64,000 bases of DNA, taken from contig OY760066.1 in NCBI GenBank assembly GCA_963662985.1, forward strand, positions 167,801-231,800. The letters run 5' to 3'. This DNA comes from Anaerolineales bacterium. GTDB lineage: Bacteria; Chloroflexota; Anaerolineae; Anaerolineales; UBA11579. The notes under the pieces are model-generated. The model was not told the DNA's origin. It ran no database searches and saw only the letters and a program-made list of their open reading frames with translations. Of the stretch, positions 38,775-48,600 are shown one piece after another. Every line of letters starts with the position of its first letter. Position 1 is the stretch's first letter. Both the position numbers and the translations under genes were made by a program.

Positions 38775-40006
38775 TTGAAGCACCAAAAGGACAAACACAT
38801 TGGAACCCAACTGGCGAAGAACAATTGGTGGATGATGGGTTTGCTGAGACTATATTGGAAAAAGTGCTGGCGGGAGGAGATGATTCCTTTGAAGCCATGA
38901 CAGCACCTGTACAAAAAGATTTGGGCAAGTGGATATCCAACTATAGTTACGAAGCAATTGCTGGGGCTGTGGACGCTTGGGTGAAGGCTGGGGCGGATGT
39001 GGCAAAGACTAAGGCAATTTTAGCATTATTAACCCGTTTGCGGGATAGTATGTTTGACCCGCAAGAAAAACGACGGGCTTCGATCTTGGATATTGTGGAT
39101 GCAGGGATAAATGCGCTGTTAGACCGCGTACCTTCTTTTGATGCAAAGGCAAAACTCTCTCGGATTACTTGGGAGACACGTGATGCGCTACAAGCTCCGA
39201 CGCATGTGGATGCTATTTTGGTGGTGGATGTGAGTGGCTTCCCAGCGGAAGGGGATGAAGGACCGGGAATCTTCCAAGCAAATGCGTTCCGAATGGGATG
39301 GCACCATTTGGTGTCTTATCGCTGGGCGGGACAACGTTTCTTAGGATGTAATTTGAGCAAGGTCACAGATGCGCTGCGCTTTGATGTTTATGGCTCCCCG
39401 GGGGATTATTTTGCAAGCGGGATGGATGGCGACGAGGTGGCAATGATGATCCACACGAATGCACAAGACCAATTGGCGCAGATTTTCAACCACGGGACAT
39501 TGGTGATCTATGGTGATGTGGGGCAAACGTTTATGTATGGCGCAAAAGGCGGAAAAGCTTTTGTGCGCGGAAACGTGGCCGGACGTCCGTTGATTAATGC
39601 AGTGGGTGCACCGCGAGTGGTGATCAATGGAACCTGTTTGGATTATTTGGCAGAATCGTTTATGGCAGGCGATCCACTGAATGGGGGTGGTTTTGTGATT
39701 TTGAATGGGATTGAATTTGATGACCATGGACAAATGGTTGCTTTGGATGAACCTTATCGCGGGAATAATTTATTCTCTTTGGCATCTGGGGGAGCACTCT
39801 ATGTGCGCGATCCCTATGCGAAGTTGGATGAAAATCAACTGAACGGCGGTATGTTTGCAGATTTGAGTGAAGCGGATTGGAATTTGATCCTGCCCTATTT
39901 AGAAGAAAATGAAGCCTATTTTGGCATTGATGTGGATGCTTTGCTGACTGTGGATGGCAAGGTGATGGCTCCAGAAAAGGTTTATCGTAAAATTTGCCCG
40001 AAGTAA
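38771..40006 (+). CDS. GXGXG-motif beta-helix protein (glutamate synthase C-terminal domain-like; GlxD / archaeal GltC-like)
   Basis: VIYGDVGQTFMYGAKGGKAFVRGNVAGRPLINAVGAPRVVINGTCLDYLAESFMAGD matches the GXGXG repeat domain of GltS. Start proposed at GTG 38771 (GTGA overlap with the upstream stop, GGAGAGG RBS). The track start is 38747. Confidence 0.75.
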   Translation: MIEAPKGQTHWNPTGEEQLVDDGFAETILEKVLAGGDDSFEAMTAPVQKDLGKWISNYSYEAIAGAVDAWVKAGADVAKTKAILALLTRLRDSMFDPQEKRRASILDIVDAGINALLDRVPSFDAKAKLSRITWETRDALQAPTHVDAILVVDVSGFPAEGDEGPGIFQANAFRMGWHHLVSYRWAGQRFLGCNLSKVTDALRFDVYGSPGDYFASGMDGDEVAMMIHTNAQDQLAQIFNHGTLVIYGDVGQTFMYGAKGGKAFVRGNVAGRPLINAVGAPRVVINGTCLDYLAESFMAGDPLNGGGFVILNGIEFDDHGQMVALDEPYRGNNLFSLASGGALYVRDPYAKLDENQLNGGMFADLSEADWNLILPYLEENEAYFGIDVDALLTVDGKVMAPEKVYRKICPK

Positions 40007-40030
40007 GTTTGGATTAAATTTTTGTTTGAT

Positions 40031-40064
40031 GAAGACCCTCTTGCAATTGAGAGAGGGTTTTTTG
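40031..40064 (+). terminator. Rho-independent terminator ending the etf/glt-like operon
   Basis: CCCTCTtgcaattgagAGAGGG followed by TTTTTTG. Confidence 0.75.
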
Positions 40065-40419
40065 TGCATATTTTTTGTCTAATATTTTTTGACAGAATTG
40101 GACAGGTGTCAAGCTATTTTTGGACACTTTTTGGACACTTTTTTGACAGGTGTCCAATTTTTTCCGGGCTGAATTTTGGCATATAGAGAGGCATGATGTA
40201 GGAGAGATGACATATGGAGGGTCTTGAGGGCTAAATTTTGACAGTTTAGCCAAATATTTTTTTATGTGTCAAATTTTGCCAGTAGCTTTAATGTTCTATT
40301 TATTATACCATATTACTTGGTTCTTTTTACCTCATTTTGCATTTAATTTAGGCGGGTAAGAATAAATAAAATTCTCCATCTGAACTATAATTGTAATAGA
40401 GTAACTGAAAGGACAAACA

Positions 40420-40779
40420 ATGACCTATCGTGAGTTATCGCCAGAAGAAAAACGTGTGATCTTGAACAAGGGCACAGAAATACCTTATACAGGAGAATAT
40501 ACAGATTTTAAAGGTGCAGGGACTTATCATTGTAAACAATGTGATGCAGCGCTTTATCGCTCTGTGGATAAGTTTGATTCGGGCTGCGGTTGGCCTAGCT
40601 TTGACGATGAGATTCCGGGTGCTGTGGAACGTAAGTTGGATGCAGATGGGCGCCGAACAGAGATTTTGTGCGCGAATTGTGGCGGACATTTGGGACATGT
40701 GTTCGAAGGAGAGCGAATGACGCCGAAGAATACGCGCCATTGTGTGAACTCAATCTCGATGGTGTTCAAAGGTGAGTGA
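40420..40779 (+). CDS. msrB: Peptide-methionine (R)-S-oxide reductase MsrB (zinc-binding type)
   Basis: CKQC ... CANC zinc-ligand pairs. Catalytic [13 protein letters not shown] motif. Confidence 0.9.
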   Translation: MTYRELSPEEKRVILNKGTEIPYTGEYTDFKGAGTYHCKQCDAALYRSVDKFDSGCGWPSFDDEIPGAVERKLDADGRRTEILCANCGGHLGHVFEGERMTPKNTRHCVNSISMVFKGE

Positions 40780-40793
40780 AATAATATAAAATT

Positions 40794-40830
40794 TCAAAGG
40801 AGTTTGAAAAGACAAACTCCTTTTTTTTAT
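40794..40830 (+). terminator. Rho-independent terminator after msrB
   Basis: AAAGGAGTTTGaaaagaCAAACTCCTTT followed by TTTTTTTAT. Confidence 0.75.
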
Positions 40831-40862
40831 TAACATTTTAATTTTTAATGTTATAGTTAAAT

Positions 40863-42599
40863 ATGTTTAATTCTGATCAGAAAAAACAATTTCAATTCAT
40901 CGTTAATTTGGTCATGTTATTGAGTATTGTCTTTTCTTCAATATTACCTACTATCGCAACTATCTCTTCCCCAAAAGAAAATTCAAATCGATTATTAGCT
41001 AGCGGACAACGCGCTTATGATTTTGGTTTTTATGACCAAGCACTCGAAAAATTTAATGCTGCAATTGATAAATATAAATTTAATTATGAAGCTTATGCGT
41101 ATCGAGCTGCCACGGAAATGGCGCTTGGTGACCTAAGTGCGGCTATGAATGATGTTTTGGTGGCGGAAGAAAATATTGATAATGATGTATTTATCAAAAC
41201 GATTAAAGCTCAAATTCTTCAATCTGAGTATGATTCTCTTAACACAACAGAGATTGCAGAATTGGAAAATTTGCTTGATGAATTAGTTCTTACCGACCCT
41301 GAAAATTATGATTATCGACTTTGGCGAGGATCTTATTATTTTAATCAAAATCAATTTGAAAAAACAATTGAAGATTTGAAGAATTTTACTAGTAGAGCAG
41401 ATGCAATGTTGTTCACCGGTTCAAGTTATTTTCAATTGGGACAATATGAGCTGGCGATTGATACTTTAGAAATAGCAAATGCTATGTCACCTCAAAATGA
41501 TTCGATCTTGCAACAATTGGTAATCTCGTATTTTAGTGAAGAAGAGTATGAGAAAGCATTAAATTATCAAATTCAATTAGCAAATTTGGGAACTTCGGAT
41601 CCGGTGGTCTATAAGGATTTAGGGATGCTCTATATTTTGAATGAAGAGTATGAACTTGCTTTAGATAGTTATGAAAAAGCTTCAATTTATGCCCCTGTTG
41701 ATAAAGAAATTTTTTACCAAATAGGGGTTTTATCTTATGAAATTAATGAGTATGAAAAAGCCGTTGATGCTTTTAGTGAAGCTATTGCGTTACAAAATGA
41801 TTGGAAAGATGCCTATTTGAATCGCGCAACCGCTTATATTAGTCTTGAAGAATATGAATTGGCGTATGAAGATTATTTGAGTTGTTTGGCATTTGACCCT
41901 GAATCTATTGATATATTACAAAAAATTAGTGAATTAGATATATTTTTGGGGAGAATTGACACTTCTATTGAGCATTTTGGTCAATTAATTGAAAAAGATC
42001 CAGAAAATATACAATATTTGTTCACTCATGCATATTTAGTAATCACTAATCAGATCGAAAACTGTTCTGTAGTGGAACCAGAGTTGGAAAAAATCATTGA
42101 AGTTGATGAATCTCAAACAATTCCTTATCATTATTTAGGTCTATGCGAATATTCTAAAGGCAATCATGAAAAAGCAGCTGAGTATTGGAATTTAGCACTC
42201 ACAGGTTTACCTGAGACTATTGATTCTTTATATTTTTTGGCGTTTCTTGATTATGAAAATTCTAATTATGAAAGTGCTTTAGAAAAAATCAATCAATTAG
42301 AATCTTTTGACAGTAATTATGCTTTGGGATATTTTCTTAAGGCAAATATTGAGCTTGAGTTGGCTAAATATCAAGAAGCGATTGAAGATTATGATGTAGC
42401 TATCGCAAATGACATCAATGTTATGATTGCATATTTTAATCAAGGTGTTGCTTATTTTAATTTAGGTAATTTGTTAGAAGCGGAGAGTTGTTTCTTGATT
42501 GCACTGGAATTCGCAAATAAAGATGGACAGATTGAATTAGGTGCCAATATTCAAAGTGCTTTAGACACTCTATATGAACACCCTGACTGGGGAAAATAA
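40863..42599 (+). CDS. Tetratricopeptide-repeat (TPR) protein with N-terminal signal/anchor
   Basis: Hydrophobic N-terminus. Many 34-aa repeats with the W/LG/Y ... A/F/Y ... A/P pattern (…AYAYRAATEMALGDLSAAMNDV…, …AYLNRATAYISLEEYELAYEDY…). Confidence 0.7.
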   Translation: MFNSDQKKQFQFIVNLVMLLSIVFSSILPTIATISSPKENSNRLLASGQRAYDFGFYDQALEKFNAAIDKYKFNYEAYAYRAATEMALGDLSAAMNDVLVAEENIDNDVFIKTIKAQILQSEYDSLNTTEIAELENLLDELVLTDPENYDYRLWRGSYYFNQNQFEKTIEDLKNFTSRADAMLFTGSSYFQLGQYELAIDTLEIANAMSPQNDSILQQLVISYFSEEEYEKALNYQIQLANLGTSDPVVYKDLGMLYILNEEYELALDSYEKASIYAPVDKEIFYQIGVLSYEINEYEKAVDAFSEAIALQNDWKDAYLNRATAYISLEEYELAYEDYLSCLAFDPESIDILQKISELDIFLGRIDTSIEHFGQLIEKDPENIQYLFTHAYLVITNQIENCSVVEPELEKIIEVDESQTIPYHYLGLCEYSKGNHEKAAEYWNLALTGLPETIDSLYFLAFLDYENSNYESALEKINQLESFDSNYALGYFLKANIELELAKYQEAIEDYDVAIANDINVMIAYFNQGVAYFNLGNLLEAESCFLIALEFANKDGQIELGANIQSALDTLYEHPDWGK

Positions 42600-42631
42600 T
42601 TTTTATAAGATTATTAGATTTTATCTTTAAA

Positions 42632-42667
42632 CAAAAAACAACTGGCTAAGCCAGTTGTTTTTTTGTT
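42632..42667. terminator. Bidirectional intrinsic terminator between TPR gene and giant gene
   Basis: AACAACTGGCtaaGCCAGTTGTT flanked by A-run/T-run. Confidence 0.75.
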
Positions 42668-45600
42668 TTATTTGTAGATTGTTTCTGTAATGATCGGGAG
42701 ATCAAGAGGTTGTCCTTCGATTGCAACTGTATAGTATCCAGGTTTGGCTACTACTGCCCTCACGATGCTGGTTCCGTCTTCTTGATGGTAACGGAAGGAT
42801 TCTAATTCGACCCAGATAAGCTCTCTTTCATCCCAATAGTAAACCACGAGGTGATAACCATTTAGTTGTTCTGGGATGAGGAAATTAATCACCATGCTAC
42901 CAGCAAAGACGGTCATTTCATACCCGAGATTGTGCCATTGCCTAATCAAGACTTGTTTTTGGAATTTGAACCAAGATCCATATGAGTGTAGAATCGAGAT
43001 CATCACCAAATTTTCCAAAGGTGCTGTGTTCGCATTTCTTACAACTTTGTAATCAAGATAGGAGTTCTCGTGGAAGTTGTATCTTGCCCATACAAATGGC
43101 GGTTGTAGGTAAATAATTCTTTCACAGTCTAAATTGGTTATTGGTGACTTATTCTCCCAATGGTAATATGTGGTGTCATAGCCATCGCCACCAATCACAC
43201 GATCATCATATCCAGTGCCAATCCAGAAATCGTCATCACCATCTAAACCAATGAGAAGATCATTCCCGGGGCCACCTTTGAGAACGTTATCATTATTATC
43301 ACCTGTGATGATGTCATTTGCCATCCCACCAGTGACATTTTCAACACCTGTGAGTGTGCCACCTAAATCTGGAATTAACCCAAGCAGTAGGTTGACTTCA
43401 ACTGGAGTTCTTCTATTTTGATAACTGATGGTATCACTACCATCTCCACCTGAGATATCTCCAGATAAGCTTGCACCATCGTCAAGGATAAAGGTGTCAT
43501 CTTTCTCTCCACCAGATAAGTTTTCAAAACTGATAAAATCAAGTGTTCTGTTGGCTGCTTTGACCCAACCTTGATCTGGTGCAGTGAGGTTGAAAATGTT
43601 ATTTTGATCTTGGATGCCAATCAAAGTATCTGAGAAAGTTGTACCTATCAATAGATTGATGTTGTTTAAGGCTTGTGTGAAAATCGATAGATTATCTATG
43701 ATTTTGAAACCATCATAATTGCCAGCTGCTTGCAAAGTAATTTCGATTGCAGATGTGAGTGCGTTGAAGGTGAGTTTGTCATATCCGCGACCTGCGTCAA
43801 GGATACCATTTGCTTTGGCTAAATCTGTAACAGTGAAGATGTCATTTCCGGCATTACCGTAAATATCATAGTCTATGGTTCCTTCGATGTTGAAGGTGTC
43901 TACTGCTCCACTTCCTTGTAAGATATTGGCGTGATTAAAGTAGAGGGTTTGTCCACCGACTTGATAACGATCTGAATCCAGAATACCTGCAAGCGTGAAG
44001 ATGCCATTTGCAAGATAAGTGCTGAGTGTGTTGATGGCTGAACTATTGAATTCAAGTAAATCTATTCCATAGAATTTCAATTGTTCAAGTGATACATTAA
44101 AGCCTGTTGTGGTATATCCCGTCAATTTAGCAAGGATGTCAAATGGGAGTAACTGAGTATCTAAGCGATCAAAACCAGTTTGACCGTATACCATTCCAAG
44201 AGAGGTGATGTTGTCATCTGCAATAAAGAATGTATCATCTCCTACACCTGCAGTGACTTTCAAGTTGGAGTTGCCAGTGGAGAAGAGAAGTTTGTCATCA
44301 TAGGCTGTGAGATTTAGATTTTCAATCGATTGGCCTGTATAATCTACCACTGCACCTGACAGAAGATCTTTGATCTCTGTGGGGGTGAGTTCAAGGTCTA
44401 CTCCAAGAGTTTGTACAGAGTAGTCGATGGTGTCTGTGCCTTGGTTGGCTTTTTCAATGATAGTATCTTGGCCTGCATTTTCGTCCATTTGATAAGTATC
44501 ATTACCAAGGTTTCCAGTTAGTACGTCGTCTCCAAGGTCACCACGGAGTTTATTATTGCCGTTATTCCCAATGAGAATATCATTCCCTGCACCACCTTGA
44601 AGATTTTCAAAGCCATCAATGGATCCGTTCAGGTCTGTGAAAGTTTGGTTGATCATATCCAAAACTACATCTGTTGTGTAGGGGTGATAGGATAAGGTGT
44701 CTTCTCCTGCGTTTGTGTGCATGATGTAGTTATTTGGATTGTACATTTCAAAGAGGTCATCTCCTGCACCGGAGCGAAGTTCATCAAAGAAGTATAATGT
44801 GCCGGTTCGACCACCCATTTCAAATTCAAATGTGTTTTCGTCCAATAATCTGAATATGGTATCCATATCACCACTTTGGAAGATGAAGTAAGCTGTGCTA
44901 CCAATGACGTCATGGATATTATCATAGCGATCTGTGACACCTGTGATGGTACCGGAGTAGCCAGTGAGAGTGCCGAGTTGATCGAAGGTTACCACAACTG
45001 GGACAGTCCAATCACTATAATCGATAGTGTTGCTAGTACCTTCGCCACCGTCTAAGATTGCCCAATATTCTTGGTTGTCTGCGAATTTGAAGGTATCATC
45101 TCCGCCGTCACCGTTAAGGATTAATTTTGTTGTAGGTTCAGCTACTAAAATATCAAACAGGTCATCACCATCTCCTCCGTTGATGGTGAACTCGTTGTTT
45201 AGGCCTACGTTGAACAAGTGAATTTGATCATCACCTGCGTTCCCATTAATGGTTACTTTGAGGTTATCAATGATGTTATTCCAATTGAAGATATCCGCGT
45301 CATCTGATAGATCAAAGGTGACTTCAGAGAAGGTTGCGTTTGGATTGATGTTGAAGGTATCTTGTGTTGCACTACCTAAAATCGAGATGGCTTGAGCATC
45401 AATGGAACCACTCATTTGAATCGTACTGTCAGCATTATCTACATTTTCACAGTTTACATTGATGGTTACTGTTCCATCTGGCACTGTGATGGTTGTGTTA
45501 TCTTCGAGATAGATATTATCACCTGCACAAATGAGGAGATTACCGTTGACTATATTAATCCCATAACCAGACACTAGGGTGAAATTATCATAGTCTACTG

Positions 45601-48600
45601 GAGCAGAATCATGGGCATAGAAGCTGAAGTCACCATCGTTAAATATGTTGCTATCTACTACGATCGGACTGGAGGCACCAATCTTGGTTGGACCTTGCCC
45701 TGTGAATCCGTAGGGAGAACTTCCATCAATCACTTGAATGGTGAGTGGCCCTGTATTTTCAATATATACATCATCATTACCTGCGCTACCTTGTAAGGTA
45801 GAGACCATGCTGAGAAGTGGTGTTGTAGTTGTGCCAATGCCATCTCCGGCGAAGAGTCGAGTCTTTCCGGCAATCACATTGTAGGGATTTTCTTGTGCGT
45901 TGTAGATGCTGTTTGGTGAGAAGATGAAGGCAATGCCTGTGTTGGCGGTGATGACGTTAAGGTATAGATCACCTTCAGCTTCTGACAGATAAACTGAATC
46001 TGCAGATTCAATGGTTAAGTGACTGTTTGCTGTGTGTTGGGTCACTAATTCAATATCATTTCCATTTTCACCAACGGTACCATATTGTGTATATAGGAAG
46101 ATCTTTGTGTTAGCGCCTACTGCATTGATGTTGGATAAGATATCATCTCGTGCGTCTAAGATGGCATTGGTTGCCATGAGGTTGATATACTCTCCTGAAC
46201 CATTGACAGTATCTACTAAGAGATTGCCGATGGCGGCTAAGTTGATGTCGCCAGCGCTGTTGACCACAACACCATTAGGTGAAACAATTTCAAGATAGTA
46301 GTTGCTTAAGAAGTAATGTTCGGGTGAGAGCGCAGGATCATAAGGATCTGTGTCTGTTCGCCCAATATTACCAGTGGTTTCGAGGGTGACTTGATTGGCT
46401 TTGATATTGGCTAATTCGATATTTGATAATCCAGCGGTTGTAGGATCATATGCATCGAAAATATCAACCCCTTTAAGATAGACATCATTTGGTGAGTAAA
46501 TTGTGTCTATTGCCATACCAAAGTCATAAACACCTGTGATTTCTTGGATGTAGATGTTTTGATTTGCACGAGCTGTTAGAGCACCATTTTCCATTAGATC
46601 AATAAGCATGTAGTTATCAGCGGCACCAATGCCTTCTGTGCCAGATTCAAGAATCATATCTCCACCGGAAATTGAATCTCCTGCTTGGCCGTCCCAGATG
46701 AGTTGTTTGCCAACTTTTACTCGGACAAGTTGTTGATCTTCATTTGCTGCATTCAATCCAGCATCGATATCTTTAATTCGTAAGTCTTTTTCACTTCCGA
46801 TATATACATGGCGATCGCTTTCAATTTGAAGGTTTCCAAATTCTGCTGTAATATCAATATCTTCTCTCATTTCGATGACAATGGTCTTTTCGAGAATATC
46901 TACTATTCCTGTGCCATTTAGTGCATCGGCGAGGGAGTTGGTTAGTTGAATGGAGAAGCCATCTTTGGCAATTACATAGTAGGTTTTATAATTGCTAACA
47001 CCATCAATGTTTTTAATGCCCCATACAGATGGGAAGGAAATTTCATCACCTGTTTGTAAGCCATGATATTCACCAAAGACTATGGAATCTGTTTGTCCAT
47101 TGATTATGGTGGCATCATTTCTTTCAGAGGCTGCTAAATTGATACGATCATCTTCTGTGAGTGAAGCCGCACCACCAGTGACATCAATTTCAATGACACC
47201 GTTGTTGCTTCCAACACCACCGTTTTGAGCAATCAAAGTAATATTTCCATTTGCAATTATATTTTCTTCTTCAATGGCTGTGGTGGTGTCTGAGGTTTCT
47301 TTGAGCCAGCCACCTAAGAGCGCATAGCGAAGTTGATATTCTGACCAGATGGAGCCCACAAGAATGGCATCACTTTCAGAGAACCATTGATCTCCGCCAC
47401 CTGTATTTGAGAATTCAATCAAGTTTGCAGGAGTTTCTGCTATCGCATCTGCTTGGGTTGCTGTTAGTTGAATATGTGTGGAGTCGATTACGACTACATA
47501 GTAGGTTTCACCACATTCAAGCCCACCAATGGCTGCATTACCATTACATTGATAAACTACGCGTTGTCCAGTCTTATAAATATGTTCTCCTACATTAATT
47601 GTATTGCCGGAGAGGTCTACTTTGTCTGATGTAAAATCTGGTTCAAAGACTGTGCTAACTTGATATTCCCAAGTATCGTTATAGGTATCACCAATCACTC
47701 CATATACTTCATGAAGGGCGTGATATTGGGATGTAAGTTTGATTTCGTATTGGGCAATAGCAGCATCATCCCAACCAAGTTGAGTACGATAACTGTCTTT
47801 TTGTTCTTCTGTTAAAGTAACTTGGAAGTTTGGATCGTAAACAGAAGGATCCGCTTGTTTGTTTCGGGTTTCCCAATAGCTGTGATATTCAGACGTTCTG
47901 CCATTTTGATAAGCAAGAACAGTTTGATCTGTTTTCGCTCTAGTTTCAGGTGTATCTAATAAGTTTAGATTTGCCCAAAGTGCTTCAAGCTCGTCAATTG
48001 AACGTTGATCTACTTCTTCATTCAACATAGCATCAATAAAGTTTCCACTTGTTGTTTTTAGCCAAACATTGTTGGCTTCGATGGAGAAGAGATTCATGTT
48101 TCCAGCTGTTTCTTGAATGAAGATGTCATTGGATGCATTGACGGTCAAACCACTGTTTGCCTTTGGATAGTAACCATTGATCAATAATGGGGCAGAAGTA
48201 TCCACACCAATATTTTGTGCTTCTAAGGCGATATTATTTCCATATACATGGGTGTTTGTACCTGAACCCACGATGTTGTTATAGGTAAAGAGGTTTACGT
48301 TGCCTTTGCTTGTTCCTACAGAGAGAATATTCATATCTGAAGACCATTGTGAAAGGGCAACATCTCCTTGTGCTGTTGTGGCAGTTAATGTACCATTTGC
48401 TTCTGTTTCTACCCGGATGGGTGCGATATCATTGCCATAGATCAGCCCAATGCCTGTGCCCGCAGTGAGAACAACACTGCTTCCACCTACCATGGCATCA
48501 TCGGATGCAGTGATGGATTTATTGGTGGTGATGGTGGTGGTGCCACTGGGATTGTTGATACGTCCATTCACAACCACATTGCCATCTGCTGAATTAATTG

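Noticed and set aside
33216-38940. Numerous 60-190-aa ORFs on the minus strand inside the etf/glt-like operon (e.g. 33216..33542, 34646..35188, 35399..35899, 36419..36955, 37245..37661, 38226..38810)
   Set aside because: They lie antisense to well-supported, motif-bearing genes. They have Arg/Pro/His/Cys-rich low-complexity translations and arise because high-GC DNA is stop-codon-poor. They are artefacts, not genes.
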